From an uncultured Oscillospiraceae bacterium (lineage in GTDB: Bacteria; Bacillota; Clostridia; Peptostreptococcales; Anaerovoracaceae): a DNA stretch of 64,000 nucleotides. This document shows positions 1 through 9,317 of the stretch, one piece after another. The notes below the pieces were generated by a model, which was not told where the DNA came from, ran no database searches, and saw nothing but the letters and a program-made list of their open reading frames with translations. The position numbers were made by a program, and so were the translations under genes. Positions within the stretch are counted from its first letter, which is position 1. Each line of letters begins with the position of its first letter. The stretch lies in assembly GCA_964370025.1 (NCBI GenBank), contig CAYJGJ010000004.1, forward strand, positions 6,216 through 70,215. The letters are read 5' to 3'.

Positions 1-213
1 GTGGTTTTCCAAATTGTTACTTTGCCCGTCGAATTTAATGCATCAAAACGTGCAGTTGATTTGATAGGTAGTGCAGGAATATTGAATCAAAATGAGTTGC
101 CAGGTACTAGGTCTGTGCTCAATGCCGCAGCTCTTACATATTTGGCGGCTGTTGCTGCGTCGCTGCTACAATTATTGCGACTTATCATTTTGGCCAGTGG
201 CAGAAGGAATTAG
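1..213 (+). CDS. C-terminal fragment of a membrane protein, possibly a YugP-type zinc metallopeptidase (5' end outside window)
   Basis: Frame open from the window edge, stop TAG 211-213. The hydrophobic C-terminal helix AALTYLAAVAASLLQLLRLIILASGRRN resembles the YugP family C-terminus as I remember it. No catalytic motif lies inside the fragment. Confidence 0.35.
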   Translation: MVFQIVTLPVEFNASKRAVDLIGSAGILNQNELPGTRSVLNAAALTYLAAVAASLLQLLRLIILASGRRN

Positions 214-265
214 TATGTGAGTAATAATAGTAATTATTTTCTGCCTTAATTTTCAAGTAAATTAT

Positions 266-323
266 AAGCCAGGTCATAACGCGCGTCATCTCCAATAAGC
301 GTAGTTAATATTCCTGGCTTTTT
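266..323 (+). terminator. Putative terminator hairpin downstream of the truncated first gene
   Basis: AAGCCAGG (266-273) pairs with CCTGGCTT (313-320) and is followed by TTT. The large interior has a nested TAACGC/GCGTAGTTA pairing. The loop is long, so this is tentative. Confidence 0.35.
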
Positions 324-641
324 GCTTCTAAGCTTTTTTTTGCAAGTCTTGAAGCCATTTTTCGTCTAATCGAAAAATTTTTCATAATAATCATCCTAAG
401 TCATAATTTGCGATCTCCTCAAACAGCGTAATCATTGTTTATTTATCATAACAGTATAAAGAATTATGTCAAAAAAGAATTTAAAATCTGACCATATTAT
501 TCAAGTGCATGTAAACATACGTAATAGGTAATATTATTTACAAAGTTCGACTAAAGTTGATTTTTTGGTTGCATCTTAAAATATCAAGATAGTATTATCT
601 ATTAGAGCTTGTTGGAAAATATTGGAGGGGAAGATTGAGTT

Positions 642-1424
642 ATGAATAGAGTGTTTTTAAAGGAAATAGAAGAGAAGAGTAGCTATAGTGCAATAGAAAA
701 AAATAAGATATGTATACTTGGATTGGGTAGAAATGTCGGAACGACCTTTGTTGCTACTCTTTTGGCTTATCATTATTCCAATCAAAAACAGTCTGTGGCA
801 TATCTTGAGTTGGAAAGTTCATATTGCGAAAAGCCGCTACTTTTTGATAGTGTTGACATGCAGCAGCGATTCAGTAAAAAAACATTTTACTCGTTTCACG
901 AAAGAGTGCATAAAGGTGAAAAAATTCGTGGTGTGAAAAATATAGAAGAAAATATTAATTGGGGAATTATTACTCCCGAATTTAGAAATCGAAACGAGCC
1001 GCTTAGTATTGAAGAAGAAATGCGTCTGCTAAGCAATATATCTGGAAATACAGTGATTGCTACATTGGATGAAGTGAAGTTTGCAAGCGATTTTGATTGT
1101 ATTATATGTGTAGTGGATCCTTTGCCATCCAAGTTGCTTGCAAGCAGTGATAATATGAGAATACTCAAGAAAATAGAATTGGAGTGCGATAATGTAGTGT
1201 GGGTTGTAAATAAGTTTAATAAAGGTGTTAATTCAAAGGACATAAGAAGTTTCTTGAAGACAAAGAATATATGCTATGTAGAAAAGGTAGACGAAGTGGA
1301 AATATATTCTGATGAGTATCAGTGTAGATTTCACTATAGGAATAAACATATTAAAGAAATAACGGAAAAAAGTATCGCAAAACTTGCAGGAATTGTTTCT
1401 AGTATCACTAAAAAAACACATTGA
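642..1424 (+). CDS. ParA/MinD-like P-loop NTPase homolog with degenerate Walker A (probably not an ATPase)
   Basis: 260-aa ORF with GGAGGGG about 11 nt upstream. ICILGLGRNVGTTFVATLLA aligns to the deviant Walker A KGGxGKTT, but both lysines are replaced. CIICVVDPLPS resembles the MinD Walker B region. Confidence 0.45.
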   Translation: MNRVFLKEIEEKSSYSAIEKNKICILGLGRNVGTTFVATLLAYHYSNQKQSVAYLELESSYCEKPLLFDSVDMQQRFSKKTFYSFHERVHKGEKIRGVKNIEENINWGIITPEFRNRNEPLSIEEEMRLLSNISGNTVIATLDEVKFASDFDCIICVVDPLPSKLLASSDNMRILKKIELECDNVVWVVNKFNKGVNSKDIRSFLKTKNICYVEKVDEVEIYSDEYQCRFHYRNKHIKEITEKSIAKLAGIVSSITKKTH

Positions 1425-1449
1425 GGAACAATAATTTCATGAAAAAGTA

Positions 1450-1478
1450 TTCAAATCCAAGTTGTTATAGTGTATAAT
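1450..1478 (+). promoter_or_regulatory. Candidate sigma-A promoter for ftsEX (TTCAAA-17 nt-TATAAT)
   Basis: TTCAAA at 1450-1455, 17-nt spacer, perfect TATAAT at 1473-1478, about 40 nt upstream of the ftsE ATG. This argues against the ORF-track start at 1470. Confidence 0.45.
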
Positions 1479-1517
1479 ATAAAGATATGTAGCTATTTGA
1501 TTATCTACGGAGGATGT

Positions 1518-2294
1518 ATGATAACTTTCGAAAATGTGACGAAAAAGTACAAAGACAATTATGGATTGCGCAATGTGGATATAAGTATAAAAGAGGGAGA
1601 TTTTGTTTTTCTCGTTGGCCCTAGTGGTGCCGGTAAATCTACATTTATCAAGTTGATTTTGAAAGAAATTAGCCCTGACAAGGGCAAAATTATTGTCGAT
1701 GGTCATGAGGTTAACAAATTAAAGCATCAAGATATTGCCTTTTTGAGAAGAAAATTGGGAATTATTTTTCAAGATTTCCGTTTGCTTCCAAAGAAGACAG
1801 TATTTGAAAATGTAGCCTTTGCTATGGAAATAACCCATAGGAGGAAAAAGAGAATCCAGCATCAAGTTCCTAAAGTTCTTGATATTATGGGAATAAAAAA
1901 CAAGGCTAACAAATATCCTGATGAATTATCAGCAGGAGAACAACAGCGTGTTGCAATCGCAAGAGCATTTATAAATAAACCTAAAATAATAATCGCCGAT
2001 GAGCCTACGGGAAATCTGGATCCTACAACTGCAATGGAAATTATGAGTTTGCTCGAAGAGATTAACGAAATGGGAACTACTATTATCATGGTCACACATG
2101 CTAAAGACATAGTAGACAAGATGAAAAAGCGAGTAATCGTTATAGAAAAGGGCAAAATCGTAAGGGATGATGTCGGGCAATATACATACAACAAGAACAA
2201 CTATGCATTCATGGACGAGAAAGAAGATACTGTAGAAGAAATATTGCCGGATATGGCTCAGACTATACAAAAGCATCTAAAAAAAGGAGAGTGA
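1518..2294 (+). CDS. ftsE: Cell-division ABC transporter ATP-binding protein FtsE
   Basis: MITFENVTKKY start typical of FtsE. Walker A GPSGAGKST, signature LSAGEQQRVAIARA, Walker B IIIADEPTGNLD. GGAGG lies 4 nt upstream of ATG 1518. Followed by ftsX. Confidence 0.9.
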   Translation: MITFENVTKKYKDNYGLRNVDISIKEGDFVFLVGPSGAGKSTFIKLILKEISPDKGKIIVDGHEVNKLKHQDIAFLRRKLGIIFQDFRLLPKKTVFENVAFAMEITHRRKKRIQHQVPKVLDIMGIKNKANKYPDELSAGEQQRVAIARAFINKPKIIIADEPTGNLDPTTAMEIMSLLEEINEMGTTIIMVTHAKDIVDKMKKRVIVIEKGKIVRDDVGQYTYNKNNYAFMDEKEDTVEEILPDMAQTIQKHLKKGE

Positions 2295-2298
2295 TTAA

Positions 2299-3189
2299 GT
2301 GATAGGAATGGGGAAAGCCATAAAGCAAGCATTTGTGCAAATATTTAGAAACAAAGGAATGAGCTTAACTACACTATTAGCAATATCATCAATGATGTTT
2401 ATAGTGGGTATATGCTTTGTTATAATTGTTAATCTCAATCTTTTTACAACAGTACTTGAAGATAGCTACGATACTATCGAAGTGTTTTTAGAAGATGATA
2501 TTAATGAGTATGAAGCATATGAAATAATTAATGAAGTGCGATTAAATGACGATGTAAAGTCCGTAATCTATCGTTCTAAGGACGATGCTATGGCGCTTCT
2601 AAAAGATAGATGGGGAGAAAATAGTTATCTATTAGATTCTCTGGAAGAAAATCCGTTGCCTAATTCTATTTTGATAGAGGTAAATGCTCCCGAGCTAGGA
2701 GGAGCAATAGTTGCAGAATATGCCAATGATGAGGGAATTGAAGATATAAACTATTATCAGGAAACTGTAGACACTATCACTAAAATTACTGATTTTTTGC
2801 AATTGGTATCAATAATAATAATAGTCTTTTTGTTATTAGTTTCTGTGATTGTAGTTGCCAATACAATCAAATTAACAGTGTTTAATCGTGCCAAAGAAAT
2901 AACGATAATGCAATATATAGGTGCTACATCATGGTATATCAGAGGTCCATTTTTATATGAGGGGATAATCTTGGGTTTTCTGGCAGCATTAATTGCAACT
3001 CTAATCACGACTTTATTATATGGACAAGTTGCAAGCCTCATAGAACGAGATGTTTTGGCTATTGTTTCTGTTTCTTTGATAAATGTATCGTTTATTTTCG
3101 AAAACTTAATGTGGATTTTCTCTGTAATGGGAATATCTATAGGTGTTTGGGGTAGTATGATATCTATGAGAAAATTCCTAGGAAAGTAA
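2299..3189 (+). CDS. ftsX: Cell-division permease-like protein FtsX
   Basis: GTG start 7 nt after AAAGGAGAG, 4 nt after the ftsE stop. N-terminal TM, extracellular loop domain, then three C-terminal TM helices (FtsX-like permease topology). Confidence 0.85.
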   Translation: MIGMGKAIKQAFVQIFRNKGMSLTTLLAISSMMFIVGICFVIIVNLNLFTTVLEDSYDTIEVFLEDDINEYEAYEIINEVRLNDDVKSVIYRSKDDAMALLKDRWGENSYLLDSLEENPLPNSILIEVNAPELGGAIVAEYANDEGIEDINYYQETVDTITKITDFLQLVSIIIIVFLLLVSVIVVANTIKLTVFNRAKEITIMQYIGATSWYIRGPFLYEGIILGFLAALIATLITTLLYGQVASLIERDVLAIVSVSLINVSFIFENLMWIFSVMGISIGVWGSMISMRKFLGK

Positions 3190-3200
3190 AAAGGTGAAAT

Positions 3201-4256
3201 ATGATATACAAAATCGCTAATAATAAAATATTTTTAATTTTAATTGTTTTTATTATGTTATTTTCGTCAATAATTGCAATAGATGTATCTGCTTCAAATT
3301 TAAATGACAAGGTAGATGAATTGGAAGATATTACGCAAGATGCAAATGCAACAAAGGGGCAGCTAGAAATTCTCGCAGATGAAATTGAAGTCTTGGAAAA
3401 TGAAATAATTGCTAAGCAAAATGACATAGACTTAAAGACTGAGGAGTATAATGCTTCAGTTGCTCGTCTTGAAGAAATCAAATTAGATATCGAAAGAAGC
3501 GAGGAAGCTCTCAATGGAAGATTGCGTACGATGTACAAAAATAGCTCCATTGGTTTTTTAGATGTGTTGTTGAGTTCGGCAAGCATTGAGGAATTTCTTT
3601 CTAATGTGGGGCTTGTTCAAGTGATACACGAAAACGATGTAGAAGTTTTAGAAAAGTTGGAAGAAAATCAAAGGCTTGTAGAGGAAGAGACTGCTAAAAT
3701 CGAAGAACAAAAGATAGCACTAGAATCCGCACAAGCAGAATTAGAATCGCAAGAAGCAGTTTTAATAGAACAACAAAGCATAGCTAATGCGGAACTAGCG
3801 GCATATGAGGTACAGGCGGAAGAACTCAAAGATGAGATCGCGGAATTACAAGATGCCGCGATGGAATATATCGATGGTGATTACGCATGGCCTACTATAG
3901 GGCAATATATTACCTCATATTATGGAGATAGATACATCTTTGGAGGATACAGTTTTCATGGTGGGATAGATATAGGGGAAGCCCATGGGAATCCGATATA
4001 TGCAGCGAAAAGTGGTAGAGTAATTCTTGCTAGTTATAATTATGGATCGTATGGTCATACCGTTATTATAGACCACGGTGGAGGGTATAGTACTTTGTAT
4101 GCTCACGCAAGTAGTCTCTTAGTGTCCGTGGGTGATTTTGTATCTCAAAAAGATATGATTGCAAGGATCGGCACAACGGGGCAATCGACGGGGCCGCATT
4201 TACATTTTGAGATCCGTGTAAATGGATATAGGCAAAACCCATTGAATTATTATTAG
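3201..4256 (+). CDS. Coiled-coil M23 family metallopeptidase (EnvC/PcsB-like murein hydrolase or activator partner of FtsEX)
   Basis: Signal/TM segment, long heptad-rich region (LEDITQ...ELQDAAME), C-terminal LytM/M23 motifs HGGIDIG, GHTVIIDHGGGYSTLYAH, GTTGQSTGPHLHFE. Lies directly after ftsEX. Confidence 0.85.
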   Translation: MIYKIANNKIFLILIVFIMLFSSIIAIDVSASNLNDKVDELEDITQDANATKGQLEILADEIEVLENEIIAKQNDIDLKTEEYNASVARLEEIKLDIERSEEALNGRLRTMYKNSSIGFLDVLLSSASIEEFLSNVGLVQVIHENDVEVLEKLEENQRLVEEETAKIEEQKIALESAQAELESQEAVLIEQQSIANAELAAYEVQAEELKDEIAELQDAAMEYIDGDYAWPTIGQYITSYYGDRYIFGGYSFHGGIDIGEAHGNPIYAAKSGRVILASYNYGSYGHTVIIDHGGGYSTLYAHASSLLVSVGDFVSQKDMIARIGTTGQSTGPHLHFEIRVNGYRQNPLNYY

Positions 4257-4285
4257 TGGGTTATTTGTACCAATAAGGAGATTTT

Positions 4286-5431
4286 ATGTGGTTTAAAGGG
4301 AAAAAATTAACCGTTGTATTCGTGATTGCAGCATTTGTTTGTGGGTATGGATCATCTTATTTATATACATTTGTCAGTGAATTGCTGGGCGATGAACCAG
4401 TATCTATTACACAGGAACAAAGAAAATTTAAGGAAATATATGATACGATAAACAATAAGTTTTTGTGGGATTTTGATCAAAATGAACTTGTAGATTCCGC
4501 TTACTCCGCGATGGTCGGAGTACTTGGAGATACGTATTCAGATTATATGACAAGAGAAGAGCATGAGGAATTTGTAGCTTCTTTGAGTGGTGAATTGACG
4601 GGAATTGGCGTTTTGTTTGAACAAAGTATAGATGGACAATTCAGAGTACTCAATGTTTTTCAAGATAGCCCCGCGGATAGCGTTGGAATGTTGCCAGGGG
4701 ACATAATAACTGAGGTGGACGGTGTTGCGTATGACAATTCAGATGAGGTTGTTGCAAAAATACGGGGAGAGGAAGGTTCGACAGTGAGTATTACATGTGA
4801 GAGAGAGTCTAAAGAACTTACTTTTGAAATTACTAGACAAAAAATTGAAGTGCCCTCGGTATACAGCAGTGTAGATGCAGACAATGTTGGATATATTCAA
4901 ATTACATCTTTTGATTTGAACACTTCACAACAATTCCAAGAGGAATTAGATGCAATGGAACAGCTTCAAGTCGAAGATGTTATTATAGACGTTAGAAACA
5001 ATTCTGGTGGATATTTTGACCAAGCGGTTATTATTGCTGATATTCTATTAGATTCGTGTACTATTACTCATACGGAGGATAGTCATGGAAATAGAGAAAC
5101 CTATAATTCTGAAGAGGGTAAAACGAATTTAAACTTTGTCTTGCTCATTAATGAGTATAGCGCAAGTGCCTCAGAAGTTCTTGCTGCAGCAATAAAAGAA
5201 AATGCTTCTGGACGCACAGTTGGTACTACAACGTTCGGAAAAGGTATTGTTCAAGAATTGATAACATTGGAAGATGGTTCGCTTTTAAAACTTACGACAT
5301 CGCAATTTTTAACGCCTAATGGAGAACAAATTCATGAAATTGGGGTTACTCCGGATTTTGTAATCGAAGCAGATATAGAATCTGACATTGACGTACAACT
5401 CCAAAAAGCAAAAGAAATTCTTTCTTATTAG
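4286..5431 (+). CDS. ctpA: S41 family carboxy-terminal processing peptidase (PDZ domain)
   Basis: N-terminal TM, PDZ-like GIGVLFEQ...SPADSVGMLPGDIITEVDG, S41 catalytic motif NEYSASASEVLAAA and downstream TFGKG. Confidence 0.85.
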   Translation: MWFKGKKLTVVFVIAAFVCGYGSSYLYTFVSELLGDEPVSITQEQRKFKEIYDTINNKFLWDFDQNELVDSAYSAMVGVLGDTYSDYMTREEHEEFVASLSGELTGIGVLFEQSIDGQFRVLNVFQDSPADSVGMLPGDIITEVDGVAYDNSDEVVAKIRGEEGSTVSITCERESKELTFEITRQKIEVPSVYSSVDADNVGYIQITSFDLNTSQQFQEELDAMEQLQVEDVIIDVRNNSGGYFDQAVIIADILLDSCTITHTEDSHGNRETYNSEEGKTNLNFVLLINEYSASASEVLAAAIKENASGRTVGTTTFGKGIVQELITLEDGSLLKLTTSQFLTPNGEQIHEIGVTPDFVIEADIESDIDVQLQKAKEILSY

Positions 5432-5485
5432 AATAAAATCGTAAATGATGCAAATAATATATTAAGAGATAGGAAATAGTTTATT

Positions 5486-5944
5486 ATGAGATGTCCATTT
5501 TGTGATTATTCGGATACAAATGTCATTGACTCAAGATTGACCTCAGAGTGGAATGGCGTAAGAAGAAGGCGAAAATGTGGTAAATGCGAAAAGAAATTTA
5601 CCACATATGAGCGAGTAGAGCCAAAAAACACTTTAATAATAAAAAAAGACGGGAGAAGACAAAAGTTTGATCGAAACAAGATTATTTCGGGTATGATAAA
5701 GGCTTGCGAAAAAAGACCTGTCCCATATAGTACGATTGAAAATGCTGTAGATAGAATTGAAGACAATGTCGAAAATTATCCATATAAGGAGATTAAAGCT
5801 TCTGCAATCGGAGAGATGGTTATGGAGGAATTAAAACAAATCGATGATGTTGCATATGTTAGATTTTCTTCCGTATATAGACAGTTTACAGATACTGAGA
5901 CATTTATTAAAGAAATAAATGAGTTAAAGAAAAGCAAAGAATAA
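5486..5944 (+). CDS. nrdR: Transcriptional repressor NrdR
   Basis: MRCPFCDYSDTNVIDSR...CGKCEKKFTTYERVE zinc ribbon followed by an ATP-cone. Length 152 aa. Confidence 0.92.
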   Translation: MRCPFCDYSDTNVIDSRLTSEWNGVRRRRKCGKCEKKFTTYERVEPKNTLIIKKDGRRQKFDRNKIISGMIKACEKRPVPYSTIENAVDRIEDNVENYPYKEIKASAIGEMVMEELKQIDDVAYVRFSSVYRQFTDTETFIKEINELKKSKE

Positions 5945-5951
5945 TAAGATA

Positions 5952-6617
5952 ATGAATGAACTTGAGCAAAACATAAATGTAATCGCGATAGATGGTCCGA
6001 GTGGGGCAGGCAAAAGCACAATAGCAAAAAAAGTAGCAAAGATATTAAATTTCGAGTATATTGACACGGGTGCTATGTATCGATGTGTCGCGTATAAATG
6101 TATAAAAGATGGGATTACTCACGATAATATTAATGAAATAAAAAGAGTGCTTGATGAAATGCATTTTGATATCATAAGTGATCAAATATATCTTGATGGA
6201 ATAATTATGCGTGATGAAATTAGGAGTGAGGAAATTAGCAAAGGGGCCTCTGATTTTTCAAAGTTAGCTGTAGTGCGAGAGAAAATGGTTGCGTTACAGC
6301 GACAGATAGGTGAATCTAAGTCCGTAGTTATGGATGGTAGAGACATTGGAACTAATGTTTTCCCTAGTGCGAAATACAAATTTTATATCGATGCATCGAG
6401 TGAAGAGCGTGCAAGAAGAAGATATCGGGAATTGTCTCAAAAAGGTGAAAATGTTAATTACGAGGATGTCCTGAATCAAATTTTGAATAGAGATTACAAA
6501 GATAGTACTCGGGAAATGAATCCTTTGAAAAAAGCAGATGATGCCATCGAAATAGACACTACGAATCTTACTATAGAGCAAGTTTGCGACATGATAATTT
6601 TAGAAGTAAAAAAATAA
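5952..6617 (+). CDS. cmk: Cytidylate kinase
   Basis: IAIDGPSGAGKSTIAK P-loop, YIDTGAMYR motif. Length 221 aa. Confidence 0.92.
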   Translation: MNELEQNINVIAIDGPSGAGKSTIAKKVAKILNFEYIDTGAMYRCVAYKCIKDGITHDNINEIKRVLDEMHFDIISDQIYLDGIIMRDEIRSEEISKGASDFSKLAVVREKMVALQRQIGESKSVVMDGRDIGTNVFPSAKYKFYIDASSEERARRRYRELSQKGENVNYEDVLNQILNRDYKDSTREMNPLKKADDAIEIDTTNLTIEQVCDMIILEVKK

Positions 6618-6650
6618 TGTGTAAAGGAATCGTTTTTTTTGCGGAGGTAA

Positions 6651-7331
6651 ATGATGCAAATAAAAATGATGCCTAAAGATGAAAGGCCCATGGAAAAAAC
6701 TCTGAGTAAAGGAATTGGGGCTTTGTCAAACTCCGAACTTATTGCTCTTGTAATCAAGTCGGGGACTCAAAAGAAATCTGCGATTTCGTTGTCCCAAGAA
6801 ATACTAACAATAGAAGGCAAAGGACTTTCATTTCTAGCTGAGTGCGAGCTTCACGATTTGATAAAAATTGATGGGATAGGAGAATCAAAGGCATGTAGTA
6901 TCTTGGCTTGTGTAGAATTAGGGAAAAGAATTTCTTCACATAAAAGGATACATGATGCAACCGTAGACAGCGCAAAAACCGCCGCTAGTCTTTTTATGGA
7001 AACTCTCAGATATGAAAAAAAAGAGCATTTCAATGCCGTACTCCTTAATAGTAAAGGTAAAGTTATTTCCACTGAGAATATTTCTATAGGGGAGCTTTCG
7101 TCTACGATAGTTCATCCAAGAGAAGTCTTTATTCCTGCAATTAAAAAAAGTGCATCTGCAATTATATTTGTACATAACCATCCAAGTGGTGATAGCACTC
7201 CTAGTAGCGAGGATGTAGATACGACGGCGAGACTTATTGAATGTGGGGAGTTACTAGGAATCAAAGTGCTAGATCATATAGTAATAGGTGATGGTGAATA
7301 TTCAAGTCTCAAGATGTTGGATTTGATATGA
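6651..7331 (+). CDS. radC: RadC/JAB-domain protein
   Basis: N-terminal ERPMEKT...LSNSELIALVIKSG and HhH-like GIGESKA, C-terminal JAMM-like HNHPSGDSTPSSEDVDTT. Alternative in-frame ATGs at 6654, 6666 and 6669. Confidence 0.85.
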   Translation: MMQIKMMPKDERPMEKTLSKGIGALSNSELIALVIKSGTQKKSAISLSQEILTIEGKGLSFLAECELHDLIKIDGIGESKACSILACVELGKRISSHKRIHDATVDSAKTAASLFMETLRYEKKEHFNAVLLNSKGKVISTENISIGELSSTIVHPREVFIPAIKKSASAIIFVHNHPSGDSTPSSEDVDTTARLIECGELLGIKVLDHIVIGDGEYSSLKMLDLI

Positions 7332-7403
7332 AGAGTCATCTTAATATCAGTTATTATTGTTGTTTGTAAATTGTTTTAATATCGTAATCTAGGAGACATA
7401 AAG

Positions 7404-8126
7404 ATGGCTAAAGTAATTATGGTATCATCGGGCAAAGGTGGTGCTGGAAAAACTATGTTCGCAACCAACATTGGAATTACACTTGCAGATAATGGCAATA
7501 AAACACTGCTAGTAGATATGGTTATGGGGTTTAGGAATTCCGATATTTATTTAGGACTAGAAAATAATATAGTTTACGATTTGTATGATGTCATGACTGG
7601 CGTTTGTGAAAAGTCACGAGCTTTGATTCAAGATAAGAGAGTCGACAACTTCCATTTTATTGCAGCTTCACCCGCACATGTTCAGCCATATATTACAAAA
7701 AAACAGATCAGTGATTTTTTAATAAGTGTAAGCGATGAATATGAGTATGTCATAATAGATGCACCATCTGGAGTTGGTAATTTAACGACAATTCTTTCCC
7801 AGATTTGTGATGAAGTTATTATTTTGTCGACACCTGACTATGCGTCATTACGAGACACTGATGCTTTGCATAATAATATTAAGAGCTTAGGAAAGAGTAA
7901 TTGTAAAATAGTAATAAATAAAACAGTGCTAAAAATGATGGATGCTGGACATATGGTCTCGATAGATAAAATAATTAATTATTTTAAATCTGAAATAATC
8001 GGACTTATCCAAGAAGATGATAATATTAGAATTTCTACTAATATAGGAGAGCCGATAGCTTTATTAAAAGAAAATTATATTCGAGAAAATTTTAACAGAA
8101 TTGCTAAGCACATTGCATTAGCCTAG
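7404..8126 (+). CDS. MinD/ParA family ATPase (MinD-like)
   Basis: Deviant Walker A SSGKGGAGKT, MinD-like LVDMVMGFRNSDIYLGLE, Walker B VIIDAPSG. 240 aa, with no minC or minE adjacent. Confidence 0.75.
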   Translation: MAKVIMVSSGKGGAGKTMFATNIGITLADNGNKTLLVDMVMGFRNSDIYLGLENNIVYDLYDVMTGVCEKSRALIQDKRVDNFHFIAASPAHVQPYITKKQISDFLISVSDEYEYVIIDAPSGVGNLTTILSQICDEVIILSTPDYASLRDTDALHNNIKSLGKSNCKIVINKTVLKMMDAGHMVSIDKIINYFKSEIIGLIQEDDNIRISTNIGEPIALLKENYIRENFNRIAKHIALA

Positions 8127-8190
8127 CATGTTGTAATAATCATTAGTAATAATTTGATATAATAAAAATCATGACATGGGAATTTACTTG

Positions 8191-9303
8191 TTATGATTTT
8201 TTGCTTTTAGCATTTATTCTTAATTGTCCACAAGCGGCATCTATGTCATCACCTAATTTGCGCCGAATCGTAGCAGCTATACCATTTTGTTCTAATACAT
8301 TTTTGAATCGTATTGAGTTGTCTCGAGACGATGAAGTAAGTAGGGTTTCACTTACAGCGTTTAGAGGTATCAAATTCACATGTGCATTCATTCCTTTTAA
8401 TAATCTAGAAAGTGCTTCAGCTTCTATTTTACTATCGTTTTTATTTTCAATTAATGCGTATTCATAAGTGATGCGTCGATTTGTAATGGCAGAGTATTTT
8501 TTGCACGTTTCAATCAGATCTAAAATATTATAGCGATTGTTTATAGGCATTATCTCACTACGTTTAATGTCATTGGAGGAATGGAGCGATATGGCAAGGT
8601 TTACTTGTGGGAAGTCGTTTGCGAATTGGATTATTTTCGGAGCAAGTCCGCAAGTTGAAACAGTGATATTACGCATTCCGATATTTAATCCCTCTTTGGA
8701 ATTTATAAGATGAATAAACTTTGTAAGATTATCATAATTATCAAATGGTTCTCCTATTCCCATTACCACGATATGATTAATCCCTGAAGTATTCTCTTGA
8801 ATAGTAGGGGAATTGTTTGAATTTTTTTTCATAATGGAGTGCGAAGCATTAACAGTGGATTTTTCTGATACGATATTATTGTGTATATCTAGTATTTGAG
8901 ACAGCATTTCCCCAGCAGTGAGGTCTCTGACGAACCCGCCTAATGTGGAGGCACAAAAAACACATCCCATCTTACATCCGACTTGCGACGAAATGCAGAC
9001 AGAGTTTCCATACTTATAAGTCATATAGACACTTTCGATAAAATTCCCATCGTTTAGCTGGAAAAGATATTTGCGAGTGGAATCCTTTTTTGAAATTTGT
9101 AACTGCTCTATTTCGAGCGGCAAAATTGCATAGTTTTCTATTAATTTTTGACGAAGAGAAAAGGGCAAGTTAGACATTTCTCTAATATCCGTCTCGCCCT
9201 TATGTATTCGCTCAAAAACCTGTTTCCCTCTGAATTTTTGTTCATCAAGTTTAATCATCAGATTTTGAATCTGAGATAAGTCCAGTTCTCTAAGATTTAT
9301 CAT
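8191..9303 (-). CDS. rlmN: 23S rRNA/tRNA adenine-C2 methyltransferase RlmN (radical SAM)
   Basis: CISSQVGCKMGCVFCAST radical-SAM cluster motif, MGIGEPFDNY, C-terminal DIDAACGQL. Length 370 aa. Confidence 0.9.
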   Translation of the reverse strand: MINLRELDLSQIQNLMIKLDEQKFRGKQVFERIHKGETDIREMSNLPFSLRQKLIENYAILPLEIEQLQISKKDSTRKYLFQLNDGNFIESVYMTYKYGNSVCISSQVGCKMGCVFCASTLGGFVRDLTAGEMLSQILDIHNNIVSEKSTVNASHSIMKKNSNNSPTIQENTSGINHIVVMGIGEPFDNYDNLTKFIHLINSKEGLNIGMRNITVSTCGLAPKIIQFANDFPQVNLAISLHSSNDIKRSEIMPINNRYNILDLIETCKKYSAITNRRITYEYALIENKNDSKIEAEALSRLLKGMNAHVNLIPLNAVSETLLTSSSRDNSIRFKNVLEQNGIAATIRRKLGDDIDAACGQLRINAKSKKS

Positions 9304-9317
9304 TTTTCTCCTGTTTA

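Noticed and set aside
185-277. Minus-strand small ORF starting at the repeated GGAGAT...TTATGAC motif
   Set aside because: I translated it by hand and it stops after 30 codons (TGA at 187-185). The second motif copy gives only Met-Thr-stop. There is no evidence of a real peptide.
8171-8467. 98-aa plus-strand ORF at the 3' end of rlmN
   Set aside because: It lies antisense to the conserved C-terminus of RlmN. Its ATG sits inside the bidirectional AAAAATCAT/ATGATTTTT terminator hairpin.
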